Of a stretch of DNA of 37,389 bases, positions 1 through 12,785 are shown in pieces (the first letter of the stretch is position 1; each line of letters opens with the position of its first letter). The DNA comes from Phoronis australis (Eukaryota > Animalia > Phoronida): the NCBI GenBank assembly GCA_002633005.1, contig NMRA01000807.1:100183-137571 (forward strand). The letters are read 5' to 3'. A program made the position numbers and the translations under genes. The notes beneath the pieces are model-generated. The model did not search any database. It was not told the DNA's origin and saw nothing but the letters and a program-made list of their open reading frames with translations.

Positions 1-277
1 GACTTAGAATTGAAAGTTCACAATTTCGAACTTTATACAACTAACGTGAACATAAAACGTCTAAAATCAGTAAATTAGATTCAGGATGAGTCCAAATGCA
101 CTCCATCAAAATGATTATTATTCCAGTGCAACAGAACACAAAGCAATATACCCAGTACCTTTTTACGCACACAGTGAACCATTTTGTTTACATCGGAAGT
201 AAAACCAAGGCATGCGCATTGATGCCCACACACGGAATTCCGTGTGTCGGTCATCATGTTTCCACAGGGCCACTTTG

Positions 278-307
278 CAGTATAGGTGGCGCTGTGTCAG
301 AGGGTAC
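278..307 (+). repeat. 30-bp dispersed repeat, exact inverted copy at 36524-36553
   Basis: CAGTATAGGTGGCGCTGTGTCAGAGGGTAC is identical to the reverse complement of 36524-36553. Both ORF-track peptides contain SIGGAVSEGT. Confidence 0.85.
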
Positions 308-695
308 TGCGCACTACGACTCCGTTTCCGTCGTCTGCTCCACTGTGCAATGAAGAAAATTTACTTATTTTTTAAAGAAAATGGAACCTGAGTGACGATG
401 AAAAAACAAAAGCTGTTGGTAAGATGTGAATTTTAATCGAAGCCTTAGTGAATCACTCAGAAACTCGCAATACTCTCTTTGCCAAACCTTATCTTAAGAC
501 CATTTCCAAAGCAATCCCGTAACGGATTTGGTCTTTTTGGAATTTGAAGACTATTTTAAATACGACAAATTTGTTAAGAATCGATGGCACACAATATAAA
601 ACGTGTAATAAGCATTACAAAAAGGAGAACGTTTCGCGCGCAAACGCTGTGGACCATTAACAAGTAGGTCTCTTGGTATGAGATTAGAGGCAAAA

Positions 696-760
696 TCGTT
701 GTGGTGTAGCGGTAACGCACGCGCCCACTAATCGGCAGGTCGTGAGTTCGATTCTTTGAT
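696..760 (+). mobile_element. degenerate tRNA-derived (SINE-like) head
   Basis: A-box-like TGGTGTAGCGG (702-712) and B-box-like GAGTTCGATTC (744-754) at tRNA spacing, with no intact acceptor stem. Confidence 0.55.
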
Positions 761-819
761 ACTTGCAGTTTTTCCTATTTGACACGTTCTCCGTTTTTTT
801 TTTGCTTTTTTCTTGAATA

Positions 820-1021
820 ATACTTCAGGAATCAAGGAAAATGCTTGATTTTTAGAGGTAAAAACAGAAAAATTTCCTGGGCGGGAGGGGGGCAAACCCC
901 CCTCCCGACCTCCCCCCATTCGGTGCTATGCGCATCTACAATCGTGGTTCAGTTTTCGCAAATTCTTACAACCGGAAAAAAAATTGGGGCCCCCCCTTGT
1001 GATATCCTAGATCCGCCACTG
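820..1021 (-). mobile_element. MITE fragment, CAGTGGCGGATCTAG-TIR family (copy 1)
   Basis: Ends in CCTAGATCCGCCACTG (1006-1021). The internal CGGGAGGGGGGCAAACCCCCTCCCGACCTCCCC matches the reverse complement of about 16200-16231. Left boundary approximate. Confidence 0.75.
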
Positions 1022-1208
1022 ATTATTTGCATAATATGCAAATAATATAACGGATTAAAACCACTCCGACACTTGCAGGATTAAATGACGTCCAATGACA
1101 CGTAAATTATATTGGCAATCATAGATAAATTCTTCGGTGTGAGAGAAGTGTTTGAGCGAGACTGAGTAAGTGCTATGTCGTAGGTTGTCGATAACCAAGC
1201 AGGTTTGG

Positions 1209-1420
1209 AAGTGTAGAATTTAATGTCATTACATATCACATTTGAATTGCACATCAAATATTCACCAGGACACGTCGAAATATCAATCGCATGAAGAGGA
1301 TGTATGTGCAGCCGAAGATGATAGGGTAAATATAACTGCGCGGAAATCAAGCCCTCCAAAAGAACGTATTCAAAATTCACTTGTCACTGCGGCATTTGCA
1401 TTTTTCACCAAACAGTGAAC
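1209..1420. repeat. diverged direct repeat, copy A
   Basis: Shares the colinear blocks AAGTGTAGAATTTA, ACATATCAC, CGTCGAAATA, ATATAACTGC, GGAAATCAAGC and TTGTCACT with 1867-2070. Confidence 0.8.
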
Positions 1421-1866
1421 TCGTGAACCGTGCATTCACTAAGCTAATTGGCTACAAATTATAATATGGCGCCATTTGGTCAAACTCTGTGAACATAAGA
1501 CGGCAGGCGACTTGATTGATCGCCATTGTTACAAAGAGGTGAAAAGACGCAAATTACAACAAAGTAAGACTTTTATAATGCCACAAGTACGGTACCTGAC
1601 GAAATTTGATTTGGTTGTAGTGCTACCGCATTTAATAAGTAGTTTGGCCCCACATCTAAAATTTCTTCTGATTCACGGAAACTGAATCAAATTTTCGATC
1701 ATCTCCAGCTCTGTTTGAGCTGATGTATTAGCTATGTCGTAGAGAGAATTTTGAAATATCTATAAAACTTTGAAACGCGCTGATTTATAACTGAATAAGT
1801 CACTGAGCACCATGTTATCAGTCAGTAAACCAAACCTCATACAGGGTTGAAAGGTCCGTACATATA

Positions 1867-2070
1867 AAGTGTAGAATTTAGCGCCATACATATCACACTC
1901 GAATTGAATACCAAATATTTACCTGCACTCGTCGAAATAACAATCGCGTGAACACAATTATCTGCAGAAAAAACAGTGTATATAACTGCATGGAAATCAA
2001 GCTTTAGAACTTATTCACTAGAAAATTCGGTTGTCACTCCGCCATGTTCATTTTTTACCTAGCGGTGAGT
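1867..2070. repeat. diverged direct repeat, copy B
   Basis: Colinear with 1209-1420. Confidence 0.8.
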
Positions 2071-2769
2071 CCTTATCTCAAAGGGCAATCTACTTCAAAA
2101 ACTTAAAATATATACCAAACTAAGTTCTATGTAACAAGACATAATGTTCACCTCCTTTTGAGCACAGTTTTGTGCCTAGTCCGCTTACCGAAAATCATCG
2201 ATTATTCCTGTCTATTTCTGTTACCCGAGTTTCTGAACATCAGTTCAGGAACGATTCCTGAATAACGGCCATGTTATAATTGAAAACGTATTGACAGCAC
2301 CGTGAGCGGAAATGCGTTGTTATTTCATATTTGTGGTTGATTTTGATTCTCAATTTGGTTCTTTATATTCAAACTTGATTATTGATTACTTGGCAGCAAA
2401 TCGACACCGGCTTTACTGGCCGTTAAAGATGTAAAATAGAAAAAAAAATCGGCACACGGTGAAGTTTCATCAAAAGTAGCCGCGTCTGGCTATAAGGATG
2501 AATTGAAGAGAATAAGTAGAGTCGCCGTTTGTATAACACACTTTATTCGGTGCAGCACTGACAAGCGATAGAATTACATGCGATGAAAAAGTGTCCGAAC
2601 AAGCGTTGAAAGAGATGCCAAAGAAGCGTTGAAAAAGTGAAATCGAACGAGCGGTTAATCTGCAAGAAAGAAAAGCACTTTCTGAGTATTCGGCAAGCAA
2701 GCATAATTAATTAACAAACACTATATATCAGAGCGTTAGAAAGACCCGCGGCAATGACTCTATATTACA

Positions 2770-3018
2770 CATGGGCGAACCCGGGGGGATTGAATTTGGC
2801 GAATTGGGCAAAAAGGTCCGCCTCTGTGGAACAAAAAGTCCGAGTAAACGAGACATAAGTCCACAAAGTCCACAGGAATTATGCGCAGATGCACAATTTG
2901 TAGGCCTGAACCTAGTGGCCCCGTTTTTTTCAGTCCTTGTTGATTTCCTTCACTAAAAGGTCCGCATACCGAAAAATTCGAGCCCCCACCCCTATATTTT
3001 AGGCTGGGTGCGCGCATG
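2770..3018. mobile_element. complete MITE with CATG termini and 5-bp TSD (TTACA)
   Basis: Left end CATGGGCGAACCCGG versus right end (reverse complement) CATGCGCGCACCCAG. TTACA at 2765-2769 and 3019-3023. A second diverged copy lies at 28678-28885. Confidence 0.85.
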
Positions 3019-3400
3019 TTACAGGCCTAACAAATACTACCTTACTAGCAATACGCAATTAACTGGAACCCGTGCTATCTATTCCACAACTGGGAACTGT
3101 TACCATGCACAAACAACTGCCTAACTGCTACCCGTAACTATTTATCCCATGAAACGGGTACCGTGCAACATATACGCCAAACCAGAGGCGTCCTCAGCTT
3201 CTGATCGTCCCCAATACACTACATATAATACTATGACACTCCCGACTAGAAATTCCACCCCTCCATAGCTAACATAAAACTCAATAAATTTACACAAAAC
3301 AAGGTTTCAACAAACCATTGGCAATTGTTCTTTCTTCCAATCTCATTCACGGTGTCCTGTTCCGGCGACTTCGTAAGAAATTTGCAGTCGAAGAACAAAA

Positions 3401-3582
3401 ATGTTCACAAAAAGCCCAAACACACATCCATCTTGGACGGCTCGTGGTCAAGGACGGTACGGAAACTACCGATGAGTTACGGATGGACGGCGTTATCGAC
3501 ATCGTGACTTTACGCGACAAACTGGCAGTTTCGTACCTCGAGACGTCCAAGATGGAAGTGTGTTTGGGCTTTTTGTGAACAT
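3401..3582. mobile_element. foldback MITE with 39-bp inverted repeats
   Basis: ATGTTCACAAAAAGCCCAAACACACATCCATCTTGGACG matches the reverse complement of 3544-3582 with one mismatch. Further imperfect pairing inside (GGTACGGAAACT / AGTTTCGTACC). Confidence 0.85.
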
Positions 3583-3631
3583 GGGATGTATGACTTAACA
3601 GTTGGCTGTAAACAGTAATGGCATAGCTATC

Positions 3632-3794
3632 GGGACCTCAGTAGCTCAGTGGTGAGAGCAGTAGACCGGCAATCTAGAGACCTATGGTTCGATTCCCAGT
3701 TGGAGTTCCGGATTTTTCTGTGTTTAGTTGATATACTTCATTACTGCCCAACCTCAGCAGGAAACTTAAAATGGATCTATTCTTACTAATTACT
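3632..3794 (+). mobile_element. tRNA-derived SINE-like element
   Basis: A box TAGCTCAGTGG (3642-3652), B box GGTTCGATTCC (3686-3696) and a TAGA/TCTA anticodon-arm remnant. The 3' 32 bp recur at 20543-20574. Confidence 0.75.
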
Positions 3795-5699
3795 GAAGAC
3801 TATATCCAAGCAACACCCAACTGCAACTGCGAATGCGTCGATGAGAGAAGTTCTAGACATTGTAGACAAGCCATGACGACAGAGCGTCTGTCAAGGGAGT
3901 TTCCGTCGTTCAACTCCGCGCCATCTTCCTGCAACACACCTTTAAGGGGGGTGTATAGACTGGTCAAATCTCCAAGTTCCTATCTACAATAAGTATAAAG
4001 GGGGTTTTAACTAGTTAGACATGACTCTGAAAGTGACAAAAATCGAAAAGAAAAACGTTTTTATTGTACATCGTTTTTTTTTAAATATCGTATTTTAATT
4101 TTCAAAAAATCCAATTTTACCTTGATTTTTTTCAAAATGCACAGGGATTATCATCAACTGTTTCCTTACACAATATTCTACTTATCCATACCAAATATAT
4201 GTACAAAATCATCATGATCTTGATACAAAATCATTATGATCTTGATTTTGTGTCATTTTTGCGTGTGAGTTGTGGCAAGCATGCCACTTTCTGTCATTTG
4301 GTCACTTTCCGTCTATTAACTAACAATCAAAAAACCCTGGCACGCCATTTTACTTCAGTTCTAGGCGATTTCAAATTTGAAAATTTCGTAAAAATTGACC
4401 CACGTGTTGCGGAAAAATAGGCCCGAGAATCTTGTCACTACCCTGAAATTACGAGCCGAGAAAAACGGCTTTGTAGGTATGCCTCCCAAAAACAACCTAT
4501 TTTGTATCAAATTAGATCGAGTAGTTCTACTCGATAACGGCACGTTCGGTTGTGTTACCTGACACCTAACGGCAGCCAAAGGTGTTGAAATTATCCAATG
4601 ACGTCATTGGTTTTAAACGCAGTCTGTTCAGCAGTTCACAACACGGGTTACTGATGTTAGCTTATCGCTTGAATTCATCGTCTAACACTGATAAATCGTC
4701 AAACTTAGATTAAAAAAACCTTAAAAACACACCGAGTTCATATAAAAACGTGTTGTTTTATTTCGCTGTTAGGGATTTATTGGTATTTGGACACACCGTA
4801 GCCTACAAAGTTCGGTAGGCCAATTTACCAAGGTCCGTAGCAGGAGTTTGGGGTCTGTTCGGAGATAAATTCGAGGTATTCTTCCGTGAAATACAGACAG
4901 GAGAACCTAGATCTGTGTTGTTTAGACTTGTAATTTTTTTAGTTCTAAACTCACAAAACGCTTGTTATCCCGGCCAATGGCTCGGAACCAGATCAGGCTC
5001 GTCGCGGCAGGACTGAAGACATCACGAACATAAAGCAGCCAAAGTTGGAAACTAAACTTCCAATCAAGAAAATACTATACTAGTGAGCCAAAGAAGTAAT
5101 GTGCAAGTGATTATATTGGTGAATTAGCCACGAAACTGCAAATCTACTTACTCGTCGGAGGCCACGAATTTATGGTTCTCCTTTGGCCACAGAACCGTCA
5201 GGGCAGAAGTTGACAATCATTATTTGAATAATGTATAGGTAAATAAAGATTCCTCTAACACCTGGCCGTGGGATAGAAAATCGAGCTATTGTTTCACAAC
5301 AGTTTCTGTCAGCAAACACTGAATTAGCATGCGCTTACACAGTCTCGGTGTCCGGTCAGTTAGTTTTATTGCACCGCCGGTAAAGCAGTGATTTGTTCAT
5401 TGCTGGCTTCTCAAATCATGTGCACTCGCGATCACTCCAAAGGCATTACAAATTGCATCTAATGAGACAGACTTTGTTTCAGTTTTATATAAGTATTGGT
5501 TAGAGTGAGAATAATTCATTTTGAAACAGAACACTCAGTAATAAACGTCAACATGGCAACTCGCAATCCCGAATTAGACGAGAGCTCATGCGACGAAGAC
5601 TTCGCAGGTCGATAGTTAAGTTTCACAGGCTATCAGGAATACATTGATGATTTAATACTAGAGAGGCGCCGTGAACAAGCTCAGGCGACGGAACGTATG

Positions 5700-6046
5700 A
5701 ATAGTTATTCGGTAACCCGGCATTCGTCAGACGCACTGTCGACGACTGCAGGCCACAGACACGGAGATGGTTCACGGCCTCATACTTGCTATTTACGGCG
5801 TACTTTTCATTCTTCACTACCGCGAGCCAATTCCTAATCATTTCGGACTCTAGAGGAAGTCGAAAAAACGTTATACCCGCCTCCCGTGAGATTACGAGAG
5901 ATATTGCCGTGTATTTTAAATGAGAACACGTGGTGTTGACTAGATTTTAGCTAGGTCCTAGTGTAGGTCCTAGCGTCTACTGAACGCATGCCCGCTTTCC
6001 TCGCAGATGCATAATTCGGACAAACGGAAACGATGCACTGCAACAT
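5700..6046 (-). pseudogene. THAP zinc-finger domain fossil (transposase N-terminus), interrupted by an insertion
   Basis: Removing 5881-5990 plus one CCCGC gives one frame: MLQCIVSVCPNYASARKAGITFFRLPLESEMIRNWLAVVKNEKYAVNSKYEAVNHLRVCGLQSSTVRLTNAGLP. This fits the THAP pattern C-x4-C...F-x-x-P...W...RVC-x-x-(H>Q)...RL-x3-(AVP-like). Confidence 0.8.
5881..5990. mobile_element. 110-bp insertion flanked by 5-bp direct repeat CCCGC
   Basis: CCCGC at 5876-5880 and 5991-5995. Excision restores the THAP reading frame. Confidence 0.65.
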
Positions 6047-6143
6047 AGCGTCATTCACTCTGCAAATGAACCACTGACGTCGTTTCTCACCTTCCTCACA
6101 AGTTAACGCGACACCTCTTGGCAAGGTAATGTCGACCACATGA

Positions 6144-6237
6144 GAGGCAATGTGGATATAGACCGATTAAAGGAAAATGCCACCCGATTTAATTAGTCTT
6201 TTTTACCGTCTTAATTGGTCTATATATACGTCGCCTC
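6144..6237. repeat. imperfect inverted repeat (27-bp arms)
   Basis: GAGGCAATGTGGATATAGACCGATTAA versus the reverse complement of 6211-6237, 22/27 matches. Confidence 0.6.
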
Positions 6238-8670
6238 GTATACGGTGGACCCCACCTTGCCGAATACTCCACATGATTCACTATTAAAAACAAAACCTAA
6301 AAACCCGTCCGAGACGGATACCACATTGTGTTTGCATGAATTTCGATTTTTGGTTGTCCCAATTTACCAGTCTAAACTGCGTCCCTCTGTTTTTGGACGA
6401 GCCATTTGATGCAGCTGCTAAAACAAATAATAATCGAAATCCCGTATTTTGGCTGTCGTCTGCGTATAGTTTGCGCGCCGACTACCTTCATTTCACACAG
6501 TGATTAGTGGCAAATTTGGCAAAACTGATCAGTTTTGGTCAATGTCCATCTTTCTCATAAACCGATCCCACAGAAAACTCCAGAGATGCGTCAAGAACAA
6601 TGACGTCAGTGGCTATTTCAACACTTTCCCCGACAATGCTAGATGTATTCGTTGTCCTGAACCGCCCAAACTATGCCAGATGGGGAACATTGTTTTATCA
6701 AAAGTTGAAATTTGCAGACCCAATATTACGTGAAGCGCTGGAAAACGGAGTGTTCTCAGTGCTACGTACGAGGAAGAACTTCCGTAGATCGTCTGCTGAC
6801 CTCTCTTTGGAACAGTCCGTATTTTTGTTTGATATGGTGTTCTTCAAAAAGGCTGAAAAAACCTCTGCGGCACCTGACATTGGGTACGTGTGGTCGTGTT
6901 AGATTTCGTGGAAACTATCGAAGCTGTAACATAGATAAAACATTCTGTTCATGTTGCGAACATGTTATTCGCAATTCGTGGGTAAAACGAGTCCTGACAG
7001 TTTTTCAGTTACATTAGATTGACAATCATTTCATTTGCACGACACAGATATGCGGGCAATGGAACTATTCGCATTTTGTCTTCTTAGTGAATATAAAACA
7101 CGTTCGAATTAATTATTTGTAGATGTTGTATATGGTACTCAGTCACTGTGGCGACGACCCTGGGCCGGGGGAGGGGGTATCCAACCATTATATACAATCT
7201 TTTTTGGAAATAATGACTGAATTGCAGTTGAATTAAACAAATGTTCTAGTCTATACTTCACTTTTTTACTTTTGTTATTAATAGTACAGGCCCGTAGCCG
7301 GNCAGCGAAAGAAGAACCCTTGAAAGAAAATGTTACCGTTTTGCATGATTTTGGTGGAACGGTTCATTTCTTCTTGGCCTCTCACCACTTTTTTGTAACC
7401 TTTTGTCTACTGTATGAGGTACATTTTTCGCAGTCAGGAAATCACCTTGATTTATACGTTCATTGAACACCTGCTTGTAGGATAACATTGATGGCTAGAG
7501 CCTACGCTTTTCTGCTCTTACAACTGTTAGGACTGTCGAGCATTTTCATTCTTTGATCACTGTCAAAAAAACTTGGTTTAGTGTAACTTACCATCGACGT
7601 CTTCCACGCCCAGCCATTTGGTGAAACGTTGCTGATTTCATCAGTAATGAAGTCGATGTCAGTTACAAGAAGCATTCAATTTTATATACCACCGGGGATT
7701 TCCGTATCCGCGAGCCCTCGTTTATTTATCCAGCTTCAAACCAGATCCCAACGTACGAGTGAAATTTCCTATGATTTTTTGTGCTTTAGGGTATTTTTCA
7801 GTTTTTGTACAGCGTGTTGGCTTCTAACAAATGAATGTTACAAGTGCTTCAAAGATATATGCTACCGTATTTTATTGCAGTAGTCGTATAAGCCCCCCCC
7901 CGTTCCCCGTTCCAAAAAGTGCACTCTTTTAGACCTACTAGCACCTCTGGTCTACTTGGAGTGCCAACATTAAGTTGACCTTTTCAAATCCAGGTCGCTT
8001 GAAAAGAATGTAAATTTCGAGTTTTGACCCCGGCCGAGTCACACACAAACATCACCGCCATTTTCGCTTTTCAAGTTCATCGTTGTCGTTATCATTCACT
8101 ACTCATTGCTAAATTGAACGTACGTATACCTAAGATAACGTCTTGTCGTGTTACAGTTAGCTAGTTGTTCCCAGTTGATTATTCTTGAAGCAATGAAACC
8201 AAACGACCATCCCAATACAAGCAGCGACTCGTTATACTGTAACAACCCTAGTTTGATGCGGGTATGCACGCATTTTATAAATTACGCATTGCAAACAGAA
8301 ATTATAAATCGATACATTGCTTCGTCTACTCAACAATGACCTTTTAGTATTATACGAGGCGCTGAGTAGTAACGCATGTAAACTCCCACCATCAAGCTGG
8401 AAAGTGGCCGTCCCAAGGGACTGAGCAGACGATAACTGAATTGAGAAACGTGGTGGATAGAGACATGCGCAGTTAGAATTTTTGCTCGAAGCGTATTAAC
8501 AATTCTCAACATCTATGTTATGTGACGTTCCAATTCGAGGATAGCAAAATACTTCAAACGGACCATTCGAGATTAATGGATTTGATGGTGGAAGTGATTG
8601 AGCCATTCACAGTAAAATCTCTGCGGCAATGCTTTGATGCTACGTTTGTGATTGATATGGAATGATTGAC

Positions 8671-8754
8671 ATGGCGACAAAGAAGTATTCTCTAGATAGG
8701 ATAACTGAAAGCAGCTTTGAAAGCGAAACGTCGCAGGAAAACGGATTGCAGACG
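8671..8754 (+). CDS. putative first coding exon of host gene (MATKKYSLDRITESSFESETSQENGLQT)
   Basis: gacATGG start context and strong donor ACG|GTAAGC in phase 0, matching the phase-0 acceptor at 28218. Linkage across 19.5 kb is inferred. Confidence 0.55.
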
Positions 8755-10084
8755 GTAAGCACAGATACTGGGCAAAGTTCAAAGAAATATTTTAGCGTCC
8801 TGAATATTGATTACGTCCATTGTTTATGCTGCCTACTGGTATGGTAATAAACAAAACTGAATTCTTATGACAATAAAAACATTGATGTAAATTTGTCATT
8901 TTCCAATCACAGAAGTATCTTGTTCACAATACAACACCCTTATGACGTGACTCAACATCCACCACACCTCGATGATGGTTAAAGAGAATCAACCTGTGAC
9001 TTCTGTCAAAAACCCCGAACTCTCCGCTTAAACAAATTACATTTGCTGTTACAAAATCAATCTCACAATGTTCATAATTCAAATTTATTGCAAATTGTTT
9101 CTAACCGAATGGACCTGACTGATCGTTATTTCTTCAAGCACATTGAAGTTGCTTGTCACGCGGGTTAGTTTTAGTCGCCAAAGTAGAATGACCATCAAGA
9201 CAATTTCAGGCAATTTATTAAAACCAATTTCAATTCAATTGAAAGGTGAGAACGCAACAGGGTTGCTTTGAAAGAGCGCATTAGCCAGTGTTGATTTTTG
9301 ACACCACACATGATTTATAGTTCCAAGGTTTTTAATCTTCCCAAAGAGCTAAACTGTAGAGTGGGGGAACAGTCTAGAAACCAGATAATCTGAACCTGTA
9401 AGGCATAACAGGCTCGGATGCAGTATACATCTGCATCATAACGAGTAAAGACATGTAACTGGATTTTTTGGACTCTGACTAGCAGTGTTTAGCGTTATGT
9501 CATATATTGTTGTTCGCCCATTGAATTTAATAGCCAAGGCAGGGTACTGTCTAGCCACTTAGATGTTTCTGCAACCTAATGTACTTGAATAACTAAACGT
9601 TACGGCAGCTTTAGCTAGTGGTCTTCAAAAGAAATTAAAGGAAGTCTGGACGGATGAATAAATCAAAATTGTCACAGTTATTCTTTCTTCAATGATCTAC
9701 ATAACAGAAAAATGATTATTAAAAGTAGATTTTTCTAGGTTGTATCATTAGACCTATAACTGTCATTCACGTCGCTGTAATGATGGACGTTTGGAAACAA
9801 TGCCAACGTTCTTTACTCTGACGTCATTGCCACGTTAATTAAGCCCTGTTGTGTGTTGTCAATTGCTTCGACTGTGTGTTGGAACACACTGGTCAAACAT
9901 GCTCTCAATAACATTTTGACGATATCGACTTCACAAATTTATTTAATCTGGCTAATTGTTTTCTTAGAATACGTGGTTCCAGGTCGGCTTAAACATTATC
10001 GAGGTTTATGCACGTAACTTGAATAAGTACTGACACCTACTTATATTAAAAGCTTGTGATTTCAGACAGGAAAGTCTGACATAT

Positions 10085-10146
10085 CTGTCTCTGTTTGTGT
10101 CTCTCTCTCCCTCCCTCCCTCCCTCCCTCNTCTCCCTTTCTCTCTT
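10085..10146. repeat. CT/CCCT microsatellite
   Basis: (CT)n and (CCCT)n runs. Confidence 0.85.
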
Positions 10147-11129
10147 TAAAATCGTTAATATTAGTAACCACATTGCCACTATTAATTACTGATACCAATA
10201 CACATTGTTATTGTTAATATTTTTATTATTACTTTATGACTGTTCTTCTCCTCCCCCTCCTCCTTCTATTTCAATTGCCATTGAATCGTTATTAGTTGAA
10301 GAGGTCACGATGCATTGTTAACGATATTTTATGCAAAACATACATTTTCACATACTTCACCGGTGTACCGTCACGCGAAACCAATTGTTAGCACAGAAGA
10401 CGTCTCTCGTGTTTATTCGTGGTCACTTGCATTGGAATAGGTTATGAATGCAACAAGGCCACACCGTACAACAACAGACGTTGACAACATTACAGTTCTA
10501 ATTAGTTTTTCTTACGCGACAAGACGCGATTTAGTAATTGTATTGTCACACATTACTGGAAGGTGTACGCTTCATCCGCAACACCTGTTTCTACAGAATT
10601 ATTCTTAAAATATCTTTGGTTCCATAAAATTCAACCTCAATTCTGATTCTCAAAACTTGATCGATATGCACAGTACCAAAACGTTTTCTACACTATATTA
10701 CGACAGCATTACTGGTTCTATGTAAAACAAACAGAAAAAAACTACATTATCAAACTAGGCACCTTAAAATTTGCTAATGCGCCAACAGCAGTTTTTGTGT
10801 ATCGATTCACTTACACGCTGATGGCGCATAATTTCGAAAACGATAACTCCAGCGAAGCATGGTTTAATAACGTCAAGGTCGCCTTTTGGTAACAAGTGGC
10901 TTAACCATGACATTGAATTGCAACTCAAACATAGATCTTGTTGTGAGTGTTTTTGTAAACATATTTCTTAAAAAATATCCGAATGAACTTATTCAGGTTA
11001 CGCTTTGTCAGATACTTTGGTGTAAATTTCAGTAGTTCAATGATCTGTGGAGTCTTAAGCAAGAACAAAAGGTTCGAGGTGTTAACTAGATATCATTGAA
11101 AGAGCTCACATAACGGAGAGATAAACTGA

Positions 11130-11640
11130 GGTTAGAAAAATGTCCAAGTTTGACCAACTTCTTAAAATCATAAGCCAGAAATGACTGATCGGATTCATAT
11201 GAAACTGTTACATACTTTGCTTGAAGAAGTGTTCTCCACAACTCTGTTACAAATAGTTTTAGAAATGTTCCGTTTTTGCATGAGAGCTAATCAAAAATAG
11301 AACTTCCTGATTTCCATGAAACAAGAAAACTAATAGTTGCCCAGTAAAACAAAAATGAAATAATGATTTAGACATTTTTAACAGCGTCTTTGAGATTCCA
11401 TCTTGAACATCAATGTCAAAAGAAATTGGATAATGTTATTGATACCGATGTTTTGCTTTTATTGTACATTTCTTTTTGATAAAAAGGCATTGTCGCGTGA
11501 CCTAATCAATGACAGATTGGTAAGGAATCAAACATGAAATTCTACATAAAACAGGTTTTCTAACGTCAGACAACATTGAAGCAAACCCATAGCTTTTAGA
11601 TATTCGGCTATAACACAAACTTATACATAAGGTCCTTCCA
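11130..11640. mobile_element. old DNA-transposon remnant, copy A (family shared with 21480-21940)
   Basis: Colinear shared blocks AAAATGTCCAA, ATTCATATRAAACT, TTTGCA..GAGCTA, GATGTTTTGCT, TCAAACAT.AAATTCTACATA and TTTAGATATT. Confidence 0.7.
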
Positions 11641-12785
11641 CACGGAAATCTCGTTTTGTCATTGAATCCGAGACTTCATATCAACATGGTATTTACCGTT
11701 AAGTCACAATTATAGAATTCTTTTAACAGTTCTTTTGTTTTAGAGTGGAAAATTTTCTATTTAATCTAAGAGACAGATACACGTCAATTGGTTTTACATT
11801 TTCATTTTAATTTACAGTAATATCACGTAATGTCGATAAAGTTTATCTCCAACCTTATTCACAAAAATGGTCATTTTTACAATATTTCACATGTGTCTAG
11901 TAAAATACCTAATCTTCATTCTCGGGAAACTTCAAATACAAAATATATACTGCGTAGCGAGAAAAATAGATTTAACAAAACCACCTTGGAACCGCACAAC
12001 CGCGTGGATATTTTTCACTACTTATCCGAGGTCAAAGGTTAAAGGGCTTTCAATCAAATCGAATCTCCCACTAGGTACAGAACAGCTTCGTATACCCTCA
12101 GTCCTATCATTCACAAAATCGCCTCATATTGAGTCAACGAGGTGTAATTATGGTAGAATGGTGCCGAGGAAAACAAAAACAAAACGTAATTTTGATCCTA
12201 ATGGAGTTGTGCGTCTACGTGCATACGACCGTTGGCGTTGAGAACGAATGCTACGGTCGCCTCGGGCCTCTGTGGTCATTAACACAGCAAATTGTGAAAA
12301 GAGATAAATCCACACCTTAATTTCTTCATTTAATTAATAAATTGACATTTCAATGTTTCGATCTCATGCTAACGACATGCTTTAACCACCGATTCGATTT
12401 TTATTATCCATTTCTTACTTGGTTTCGTATCAGTCTCCCATCACGTGACGTGTACAGGCTACGTGTATAACAATGAAGTGTGACCTATTTATATAAAAGT
12501 AGGTCAAATGGTTGCAAATAACAGTACGAGTTAGTTGGGAACGGTACGTTTTAATGATAATTAAGTTAATTACGCACTGCAAAATCAATTGACATTGCGA
12601 GTGAATGTTGAAATAGCGAACAAGTTTAAGCCTTGTATAGGTTATGTCTACCGAAAACAAGCTTTCACCGAATAATGAACCGAAGACTTTGTGATTTTCA
12701 CTCGTCCCAGTTTAACCGGCTTTTTCTCGGCTTCGGCAAATCGACTTCATTTGAACTTAGGAACACGAGTTCTCGAAAACAGCTG

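Noticed and set aside
3632-3710. Functional tRNA gene
   Set aside because: The A and B boxes are good, but the acceptor and T stems pair poorly, the anticodon loop lacks U33, and it runs into a repeat tail. Better read as a SINE head.
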